In this document: piece by piece, positions 57,475 through 64,000 of the stretch
Layout of the letters: every line of letters starts with the position of its first letter
How positions within the stretch are numbered: position 1 is the first letter of the stretch
Origin: Opitutales bacterium
GTDB lineage: Bacteria; Verrucomicrobiota; Verrucomicrobiia; Opitutales; UBA953
NCBI GenBank assembly: GCA_040397965.1
Contig: JBBAUZ010000001.1
Span: 4,144-68,143 of the forward strand
Direction of reading: 5' to 3'
DNA: 64,000 nt
Notes under the pieces: model-generated
What the model saw: the letters and a program-made list of their open reading frames with translations, nothing else
Database searches by the model: none
Told to the model about the DNA's origin: nothing
Made by a program: the position numbers and the translations under genes

Positions 57475-59352
57475 TTAATTGGGTGACTTAGGCAGAGAGG
57501 GGGGCGTCTGGCTTTCTTTGCGGAGTTTGATTTTTTCGGCTAGTAGGGAATTCAGTTTATCAACTTCGGTGGATGGGGTGGAAGCGATTTGGGCGTCGAT
57601 GTGGCGCGTCTGAATTTGGATACGTCGTTGATGGAAAGATTTTAGGATACTGTTGATTCTACTTTTTAGTTCGCCTTCTTGGTCCTGATCTTGGGTGAGG
57701 TGGGAAGTTAATTTGGCGGCTTCGCTTTGGTGTTCGGGGTCGAGTACGTTGACGGCTTCGCGAATTCCTTTGAAGTGTCCGTTTACCGCTTCGTTGAGGA
57801 GGGCGAGTAATAAACTACCGCCTCGATAACTAACATCAATCCACTCAAGGGGTAAGGCTTCTGAGACGGAGATAAAGTACTGTTCATGCCGTAATAATAC
57901 ATGTAATAAGTCTTCTTCGGGAGTTGTCAAGCCCCCCCCCTTGACAACAGGGACTTCGACCGGTTGGGCGGGGGCTAACTGGGCGGCTGGACGGCGGGAG
58001 GCGGAATTGGCTAAATGTCGCTCGTAGGCCATGTGCATTTCGCGGATACCGATGCCCGCGTGTCGGGCAGCCTCGTTGAGTGCCTCGCGTACGATTTCCT
58101 CTGCGCCGGCTTGTTCGACGATCGGGAATAGGCTTTCGAGGAGAGAAAGCCTTTGGGCAAGTGGGCTGGTGGTACTACCTTCGGGGATAATTGACTGAAC
58201 GCAGAAACGCATGGCCGTTCGGGCGGTTTTTAAAAGGTCGGGCCAATCCTCGATACCGTGTGTTGAAAAATACTCATCGGGATCTTTGCCACCGGGGAGT
58301 GAGAGGAAGCGAATGTCTAGTCCTTCGCGGAGTCCGATGGGTAGTAGGCGGAGGGCAGCCTTTTGTCCGGCCGCATCCGAATCTAGGAACACGACGAGTT
58401 GCTTGGTGAAGCGACGAAGCTGGGCGAGGTGTTCTTCGGTGACGGCGGTACCCTGGGCGGCGATGACACCGTGGATGCCAACGGTGTGACAGCGGATAGC
58501 GTCGAGCTGACCTTCGACTAAGACGAACGGTTCTTCATCTTTCCGATTCGCTCGTGCGCGGTCTAAATTAAATACCGTACGTGATTTTTTGAATAATTCG
58601 GTTTCAGGTGAATTGACATACTTCGCTTCGCGCGAGGGGTCATCCTGTGGTGTAATCTCGAGTGTTCGTGCGGTGAAAGCGATGACGCGACCTTGGATAT
58701 CGCGAATAGGTATGACTAAACGTCCGCGAAAACGACAGCGCCAGCGAATGGGATCTGGTTGTTTATCGACACCGAAGAATAAGCCCGTTCCGGCGATGGC
58801 CTCTTTGGTGAAATTCTTTTTTAATAATCCCGGGATGAGTTTAGAGTCATCGATTGGTGCAAATCCGATGCCGAAATCTTCAGCGACGGCTAAATCGAAC
58901 TTTCGGTTCTCGGTCCAATATTTTTTTATCCATTCGCTGTGTTGGGCGTCTTCGAGAAAACAACGATGCCAGTAGTCGGCAATCAGTTGGTGGATTTCTA
59001 AAAGTTGGCTGCGGAGGGAACGTCCCTCGGTGGTTTGCGAAGATTTTTCGTATTCTAGTTCGACACCGAAGCGCATGGCGACGCGCTCAACGGCTTCAGG
59101 AAAATCTAAACCTTCGCGGGCGGTGACTAATTTAAAAACATCGCCGCCTTGTTGCGTGCTGAAGCAGTACCACAAGCCCGTTTCTGGATTTACTTTAAAC
59201 GAAGGACTTTTTTCTGACTTGAAAGGACTCAATCCCCACCAATCGCGTCCGCGCTGTTTCATTTGTGTGTAGTCACCCGCGAGAGCTACAATATCAGCTC
59301 GCTGTCTTAAGTCGTCGATAGATCTGCGTGAGATGAGTGCCACTGCTGTCAA
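57475..59352 (-). CDS. dnaG: DNA primase DnaG (zinc-ribbon ligands mostly substituted)
   Basis: 625 aa with a TTG (or nearby GTG) start. TOPRIM motifs VEGQLDAI and FLDSDAAGQKAA. The N-terminal domain is collinear with zf-CHC2 but reads SPFK...CFST. Sits immediately upstream of rpoD, as in the classical dnaG-rpoD arrangement. Confidence 0.88.
   Translation of the reverse strand: MTAVALISRRSIDDLRQRADIVALAGDYTQMKQRGRDWWGLSPFKSEKSPSFKVNPETGLWYCFSTQQGGDVFKLVTAREGLDFPEAVERVAMRFGVELEYEKSSQTTEGRSLRSQLLEIHQLIADYWHRCFLEDAQHSEWIKKYWTENRKFDLAVAEDFGIGFAPIDDSKLIPGLLKKNFTKEAIAGTGLFFGVDKQPDPIRWRCRFRGRLVIPIRDIQGRVIAFTARTLEITPQDDPSREAKYVNSPETELFKKSRTVFNLDRARANRKDEEPFVLVEGQLDAIRCHTVGIHGVIAAQGTAVTEEHLAQLRRFTKQLVVFLDSDAAGQKAALRLLPIGLREGLDIRFLSLPGGKDPDEYFSTHGIEDWPDLLKTARTAMRFCVQSIIPEGSTTSPLAQRLSLLESLFPIVEQAGAEEIVREALNEAARHAGIGIREMHMAYERHLANSASRRPAAQLAPAQPVEVPVVKGGGLTTPEEDLLHVLLRHEQYFISVSEALPLEWIDVSYRGGSLLLALLNEAVNGHFKGIREAVNVLDPEHQSEAAKLTSHLTQDQDQEGELKSRINSILKSFHQRRIQIQTRHIDAQIASTPSTEVDKLNSLLAEKIKLRKESQTPPSLPKSPN
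57923..57948. repeat. Perfect 9-bp inverted repeat enclosing a C9/G9 homopolymer, inside dnaG
   Basis: The plus strand reads GTTGTCAAG-CCCCCCCC-CTTGACAAC. On the coding strand it encodes V-V-K-G-G-G-L-T-T (K471-L475). Confidence 0.95.
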
Positions 59353-59372
59353 GGGGTGTGTGTCAAGGGGGG
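59347..59372. repeat. Tandem TGTCAAGGGG direct repeat at the dnaG start
   Basis: TGTCAAGGGG at 59347-59356 and again at 59361-59370(72), 14 bp apart. On the dnaG strand these read CCCCTTGACA. The first copy contains the TTG start codon assumed by the ORF track. Confidence 0.9.
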
Positions 59373-59457
59373 CGGTGCAACTGAAAATAGTTGTTAATTT
59401 AACTCCTAATACAAGCAGGGGTTTGCCTTAGGGCAAAAAATAACCATTAAAACCCAT

Positions 59458-60210
59458 GTGCGGCTACCACGATTCTTACCCCCTGTTTTAACGGCCTTAG
59501 CCCTGCTCGTCGTTTGGCAATATGTGCCGCCCATGCTTGGGGTTAAGGATTATCTATTGCCTCGTCCGAGTTTGATTTACGCCACCATTGTGAAGGAGGC
59601 TCAATTTCTTGTGCCGGCTGCAGGTCGAACTGCCCTGGCTGCGGTGCTGGGATTGGTCAGCGCGATTGCGGGGGGATTGATTATGGCGAGTATATTTACT
59701 CTATTTGGCGCAGTGCGTCGAAGTCTCTTACCTTGGGTTTTGATTTTGCAGATGACACCCGTGATTGTCTTAGTGCCCTTGATTGCCATTTGGTTGGGTT
59801 CGGGTTTGGCGAGTATTGTCGCGATTACATTTCTCATTTCCTTTTTCCCGATCGCGGCTTCGGCCTCAGCTGGAATGTCGCAGGTGGATCCGAACTACGC
59901 AGATTTATTTAAGGTCATGAAGGCGAGTCGCGCGCAGACCTTTTGGAAGCTATGGTTGCCAGGGGCGTTGCCGGATATGATTACGGGTGTAAAGATTGCG
60001 GCGACCTTAGCTACCGTGGGTGCGGTGAGTGGCGAGTACATGGTGGGAACTAATCCAGCCGAGAGTGGATTAGGTTATCTCTTACAAATTTATTGGAGTC
60101 GGACAGACACCGCGGGAGTTTTTGCAGTAGCCGTGGTCGCTTGTGTGGTCGGCTATTGTTTCGTTGCCTTAGTGAACTCGCTGGGTGCGCGATTATTGAG
60201 ACGCGACTAA
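59458..60210 (+). CDS. NitT/TauT-family (SsuC/TauC-like) ABC transporter permease, orphan
   Basis: 250 aa with a GTG start. Six TM segments and an EAA-type loop (MKASRAQTFWKLWLPGALPDMITGVKIAATLA). No ATPase or binding-protein gene is adjacent. Confidence 0.75.
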   Translation: MRLPRFLPPVLTALALLVVWQYVPPMLGVKDYLLPRPSLIYATIVKEAQFLVPAAGRTALAAVLGLVSAIAGGLIMASIFTLFGAVRRSLLPWVLILQMTPVIVLVPLIAIWLGSGLASIVAITFLISFFPIAASASAGMSQVDPNYADLFKVMKASRAQTFWKLWLPGALPDMITGVKIAATLATVGAVSGEYMVGTNPAESGLGYLLQIYWSRTDTAGVFAVAVVACVVGYCFVALVNSLGARLLRRD

Positions 60211-60214
60211 TCAG

Positions 60215-61024
60215 TTAGTCGACGCACTGTGGCCAAAGATTGCGGAATGTGATTTGCGCTTCTTTGTCGGGTATTTCTGGTCGCTCTGGGTCAGTCAAAA
60301 ACTTCAATGGAAATGCGGGTTTAATGGATAAAATGGTGATGACTTGATTTTTAATTTCAAACACCGCGTACCAGGCACCACAGCCGATATCGAAAAGATT
60401 TCCGTGACGGCTACGAATACGACGGGTGCGGTGGGGAGACGGATCGTGCGAGAGGATTTCTTGGAGTCGCTCAGTAAAATCTATGCCCCAATTTTTTCGT
60501 AACCAAGAAATATGTTCAGTGGCGAGAGCACTATAAATGATTTGATAGGCTGGCTGATTGTTTTTGGCGTTTTCAACTTCTTGTAACCAACCCGCTTTGG
60601 AGTCCGGAAAGGAATCGTAAGCTGGGATGTAGGGTTTAATATCAAAAATAGGAGTGCCTTCGACTAAGTCGCATGGACCCAGAATCAGTTGATTTTTTTT
60701 GATACCGAGAAGTTGGACGGGGGTAATGCCGAGAGGGTTGGGGCGGTGCGGGGAGCGCGTCGAGAAGACGCCGCGACGTTTGGCTGGGCCGCGAGGGGGC
60801 AGCACTTGTGGTCGCCAATCTTTATTGCGGTGAAACCACCAAATCAGCCAAACACGATCGAAGCCTTCGAGGTCTAGTAATGCCTTCTGATATTTATCAC
60901 CCTTGATGAGTTCTAGAATATTAGTCTCTGGTTGTGATTCATCGGGTTGATGTCGGGCATTAAATTTGAGCGATTTACCGTTACGGATAAAGCCGATGGG
61001 TTTGATGGTCAGTTCGTCGCTCAC
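60215..61024 (-). CDS. trmO: tRNA (m6t6A37) methyltransferase TrmO (TsaA/YaeB family)
   Basis: 269 aa with a GTG start. IKPIGFIRN, FSTRSPHRPNPLG and TPIFDIKPY motifs, plus a C-terminal TrmO-type extension. Confidence 0.8.
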   Translation of the reverse strand: MSDELTIKPIGFIRNGKSLKFNARHQPDESQPETNILELIKGDKYQKALLDLEGFDRVWLIWWFHRNKDWRPQVLPPRGPAKRRGVFSTRSPHRPNPLGITPVQLLGIKKNQLILGPCDLVEGTPIFDIKPYIPAYDSFPDSKAGWLQEVENAKNNQPAYQIIYSALATEHISWLRKNWGIDFTERLQEILSHDPSPHRTRRIRSRHGNLFDIGCGAWYAVFEIKNQVITILSIKPAFPLKFLTDPERPEIPDKEAQITFRNLWPQCVD

Positions 61025-61123
61025 GTATTTTTATTAATACTAGCAGAGGCTAACTGACAAGCGGTGTTTAGTTATTTTCATCGGCTTGCCTAAAATTTAA
61101 TTTCTCTGTAGAGTCAGAACACA

Positions 61124-61987
61124 GTGAGTAAAATCATCAATCTGTCCTGTTATAAATTTGCACCGCTCGACCATTTAGAGGGTCGCAAGGCGCAGTTGCA
61201 TGCGATTTGTTCAGAGCAGAAAGTTAAAGGCACCATCTTATTAGCTCCGGAGGGAATTAACTTCTTTATCGCAGGAACGGCCGCACAATTAGATCATGTT
61301 TTAGAGGTTATCCGTGAGATTCCTGGTTTGGCAGATATTCAGCCCAAGGAGAGTCCGAGCGGGGAGCAGCCTTTTAAGCGTATGTTGGTGAAGATTAAAA
61401 AAGAAATTATCGCTTTCGGCATTGAGGGAGTCGACCCCGCGAGAAAGCCTGCACCGAAGATTTCTGCCAAAGAACTGAAGAAGATGTTAGATGAAGGGCA
61501 GCCGATTACTTTATTGGATACACGCAATGATTACGAAGTGCGCATGGGTACGTTTAAAGGGGCGGTACCTGCGGGCGTGATGACGTTTCGAGAATTCCCT
61601 AAGGCGGTAAGGAAACTTCCTGAACAATTAAAGAATCGGCCGGTGGTGATGTTTTGTACGGGAGGAATTCGCTGTGAGAAAGCTGGACCGTTTATGGAGA
61701 TGGAAGGCTATACCAATATCATGCAGCTCGACGGAGGTATTTTGAAATACTTTGAGGAAGTGGGTGGTGAACATTACGAGGGCGAGTGTTTTGTCTTTGA
61801 TGAGAGGGTGGGAGTGGGACCAGATCTTCAAGAGACGCCTTCGATTCTCTGTTTTAACTGTCAGATGCCCTTGTCATTGGCCGATCAACAGCACCCAGCT
61901 TATGTCGTCGAAAAATCCTGTCCGTACTGCATTCATGGCAAGTCCGAGGGTCGCCCGATTGCTCCGCAGTTGGACACGAGAGGATAG
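61124..61987 (+). CDS. trhO: Rhodanese-domain tRNA uridine(34) hydroxylase TrhO (YceA/UPF0176)
   Basis: 287 aa with a GTG start. YKF...GTILLAPEGINFFIAG N-domain, a rhodanese loop CTGGIRCEKA, and a C-terminal Cys cluster CFNCQ...CPYC. Confidence 0.85.
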   Translation: MSKIINLSCYKFAPLDHLEGRKAQLHAICSEQKVKGTILLAPEGINFFIAGTAAQLDHVLEVIREIPGLADIQPKESPSGEQPFKRMLVKIKKEIIAFGIEGVDPARKPAPKISAKELKKMLDEGQPITLLDTRNDYEVRMGTFKGAVPAGVMTFREFPKAVRKLPEQLKNRPVVMFCTGGIRCEKAGPFMEMEGYTNIMQLDGGILKYFEEVGGEHYEGECFVFDERVGVGPDLQETPSILCFNCQMPLSLADQQHPAYVVEKSCPYCIHGKSEGRPIAPQLDTRG

Positions 61988-62086
61988 TTTACCTTATTTT
62001 CTGAGGATTTAGGTGACGGGATTGTTTCAATTATTTCGAGATGTAGGGTTGAAACTTCAAATAAACTAGGGTTATCTACCTAGGCA

Positions 62087-64000
62087 ATGAACCCCCTTAA
62101 GTCTCTATTTTTAACCCTTTGTGTTTTTGCATCTATTTTGTCTGCAAACGCAGTGAGCAATGCCTCGAGCAAGCAAGCGTCCACCGCAACGGATGTCGAG
62201 ATTACCAAGGCGGCAAGATCGGCTGGCATTGATGCCGCTAAGTTAAAACAAGTTTCAAAACGTGATAAGGATTTACGCATTGGTAAGAGAACTGGAAATG
62301 CGTACTACGCTTGCCAGCGTACGGCTTCGAGAACTGCGAGTCCGACCGATCCTGAATCTTATACATCCACGGCCCTGTTTCCTTTCACCAAGACGTTTTT
62401 ACTGCACTCACGACCTGGTGCAAGCAAAGTCATTTATTTGGATTTTAACGGACACGTGACCAAAGGTACGCTTTGGAATACTGATTTTATCGCTGCATCC
62501 ATTGTTAATCCTGCCTTTGATCTCGATGGTAAGCCTGGCACCTTTAATTATGCAGAGCACGCGATGATCCAGAAAGTCTGGAAAACTGTTGCTGATGCCT
62601 TTGCTGCCTTTGATGTGGATGTAACCACGCAAGATCCTGGTCTTGAAAACATCCGTAAAACCTCGGTCAGCGACACTAATTACGGCATACGAGTTTGTTT
62701 TGGTGGTAAGGGTTCCTACCTGCCTAATCTATTCCAACCTGGCGAAGATCCTAACGATATTCTCGGTATCGCTCAATTGAATAGTTTTAATTTTCAGGTC
62801 ACCTCTTTGGCTTATGCGAATGACTGCCCGGTATTGATTTTCTCTGATTCGATTTACCAAAAAGGAAGTGCGAAAAATGTCGCTGACACCGCAGTGCATG
62901 AATTGGGTCACGCCTTTAATTTAAATCACTCCACAACGGATGATGGTACAAATGAGGTTGAATACTACCCAGGTCACAACGACTGGGCGCCTTACATGGG
63001 CGACACCACGGGTAAGACTGTGGCGCAATGGACCAACGGTGACTATAATGAAAACGCCACGAACGATGAAGACGAACTAGCTATTATCGCCACTTCGATT
63101 CCTTTCATGGCGGATGATCATGGTGGTACGCGAGGAACTGCGACATCGCTGAGTACCACGAAGTCTAAATTAAATGTCAGAAGCACGCTTCCAGTTTATG
63201 TGCATTCCTCAAGTCAGACCGGTTTGATTCATAATCGTGCTGATTTGGACTATTTCCGAATTGTGGTTGGCGAGGGCGAGTTTTACGCCGAAGTGATTGC
63301 AGCAGATCCTCAAGCCAATTTGAATGTGGGCCTCCGCTTGCTTGATTCGGCGGGTGTTGAAGTTGTCGACGCCTATGATTACTCTTATTTCACAGAAGAG
63401 GGAATGAACGGCTACCTGTACAATGTCTCACTCCCTGCTGGTACTTACTATATCGAAGTGGATGGTGTGGGTGCGATTTGGGATGCTGACTACGCTGCGT
63501 TTGTTAATGACGATGATGGTGATTCATTTGAAGCATTCACCGATTATGCATCGATCGGTCGCTACACTTTGAAGACTACCAGCTGGGGCACACCTAATAA
63601 TCTGCCACCTGTAGCGAGTACTTCAGGAACAACGCAGCAGGGCGGCATGGCTCCTTCTACGGTTAAATTCGTGGGCTCTAACTCGTACGACACCGACGGA
63701 ATTATCACGAATTACCTTTGGGATTTCGGTGACGGCACAAATTCCACTTCGGCCAACCCTACACACGTTTACGCTACTCCAGGAACCTATACTGCGACGC
63801 TTATGGTCACAGATAACTCCAATGCTAGTGGTACGAGTTCAACTGCTCCCATTACGGTTAAGGCCTTATCGGATGTTAAAGCAGTGAATGTATTATCTGT
63901 TTCGGTAGCTTGGGCTAAGGCCACTACAAGAAATGGATATTTCGTCGCGACAATTAAGGTCGGCGATCAAAATGAGAGACCGATTGCTAATGCCGTTGTG
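62087..64000 (+). CDS. Secreted metzincin-like zinc metalloprotease with PPC (pre-peptidase C-terminal) and PKD domains (3' end beyond the window)
   Basis: Not in the ORF track because it runs off the right edge. I translated it by hand from the ATG at 62087 and found no stop through 64000. Signal peptide MNPLKSLFLTLCVFASILSANA. VIYLDFNGH motif. Zinc site HELGHAFNLNH (62897-62929), followed by APYMG. DYFRIVV...GTYYIEVDG fits a PPC domain. YLWDFGDGTNSTSANPTHVYATPGTYTATLMVTD is a textbook PKD motif. Confidence 0.75.
   Translation, partial: MNPLKSLFLTLCVFASILSANAVSNASSKQASTATDVEITKAARSAGIDAAKLKQVSKRDKDLRIGKRTGNAYYACQRTASRTASPTDPESYTSTALFPFTKTFLLHSRPGASKVIYLDFNGHVTKGTLWNTDFIAASIVNPAFDLDGKPGTFNYAEHAMIQKVWKTVADAFAAFDVDVTTQDPGLENIRKTSVSDTNYGIRVCFGGKGSYLPNLFQPGEDPNDILGIAQLNSFNFQVTSLAYANDCPVLIFSDSIYQKGSAKNVADTAVHELGHAFNLNHSTTDDGTNEVEYYPGHNDWAPYMGDTTGKTVAQWTNGDYNENATNDEDELAIIATSIPFMADDHGGTRGTATSLSTTKSKLNVRSTLPVYVHSSSQTGLIHNRADLDYFRIVVGEGEFYAEVIAADPQANLNVGLRLLDSAGVEVVDAYDYSYFTEEGMNGYLYNVSLPAGTYYIEVDGVGAIWDADYAAFVNDDDGDSFEAFTDYASIGRYTLKTTSWGTPNNLPPVASTSGTTQQGGMAPSTVKFVGSNSYDTDGIITNYLWDFGDGTNSTSANPTHVYATPGTYTATLMVTDNSNASGTSSTAPITVKALSDVKAVNVLSVSVAWAKATTRNGYFVATIKVGDQNERPIANAVV

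Noticed and set aside
57932-57970. Antisense promoter inside dnaG driven by the plus-strand CCCCCCCCCTTGACA.
   Set aside because: The hexamer 17 bp downstream of the TTGACA is TTGGGC, and neighbouring registers are no better. There is no plausible -10 element.
59353-59457. Possible TPP (THI-box) riboswitch in the leader of the orphan NitT/TauT permease, since ThiX-type HMP permeases belong to this family.
   Set aside because: Only fragmentary resemblance (GGGGCGGTGC...CTGAAA...TAATAC...AGCAGGGG). The invariant CTGAGA and ACCTGATCTGG...GCCAGCG elements, and the P2 closing ACCC, are missing. A cmsearch with Rfam RF00059 would settle it.
1-64000. Looked by eye for CRISPR arrays, tRNA/rRNA genes, IS elements, transposases, integrases, prophage genes, toxin-antitoxin pairs and defence-island hallmarks.
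   Set aside because: There are no regularly spaced direct repeats. Every intergenic gap is about 110 bp or less, and none shows cloverleaf-type arm complementarity. No ORF resembles DDE or tyrosine/serine recombinases, reverse transcriptases, or restriction/Abi-type proteins. The window reads as core chromosome. A proper tRNAscan, Infernal or PADLOC/DefenseFinder run would be the decisive check.

Overview
This 64-kb window looks like compact core chromosome, not an accessory island. I call about 56 CDS, roughly 78% on the minus strand. Gaps are very short and many stop/start pairs overlap by 1-4 nt. I found no rRNA, tRNA, CRISPR, transposase, integrase, phage or toxin-antitoxin signatures.

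Gene content, left to right:
- exbB-like (truncated at the edge), a TPR protein, then lysC-hom-plsY-serA.
- A UvrD-type helicase, lipA, and a TIGR02001-type porin.
- glgA, an exosortase-family gene, and a five-gene peptide (Opp/Dpp/Yej-type) ABC importer.
- An Aas-type acyltransferase/acyl-ACP synthetase fusion and glgP.
- An adenylate-kinase-like fusion protein, a Fe/Mn SOD with a Tat-like leader, tadA, infA and cysK.
- A solo umuC preceded by a perfect SOS-box-like palindrome, then azoR.
- A full sulfate-assimilation block (cysI-cysH-cysD-cysNC) lying divergent from cobA, with a convergent CbiX/SirB-like chelatase.
- gluQ, nif3, a LolA-like protein, secG, recF, and a LysM/TPR lipoprotein.
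- A yfcH-like gene, an mnmM/ytqB-like gene, and menB.
- ispD, pyrF, a yhcH-family gene, a NusG paralog, fused ccsBA, and a lipoprotein.
- ychF, a small lipoprotein, rpoD and dnaG.
- An orphan NitT/TauT-type permease, a divergent trmO/trhO pair, and a truncated secreted metzincin-like protease with PPC and PKD domains.

Protein features suggest a PVC/Verrucomicrobiota-like genome. These include fused CcsBA, an exosortase, and Lys/Ala/Pro-rich tails on housekeeping proteins. That placement is inference only.

I do not see a convincing self-contained novel multi-gene system. The best leads are:
- An exosortase hard-wired between a peptide importer and glgA.
- A DnaG primase that has lost three of its four zinc ligands, and that carries a G9 tract inside a perfect 9-bp hairpin where a 1-nt shift in either direction truncates the protein.
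- A lipoprotein-CcsBA-NusG paralog-YhcH string with overlapping stop/start codons.
- A structured operator-like architecture in the 73-bp divergent cysI/cobA promoter region.
- A solo umuC with a LexA-box-like palindrome over its start codon.

All functional calls come from reading motifs by eye in the supplied translations. No database search was run.
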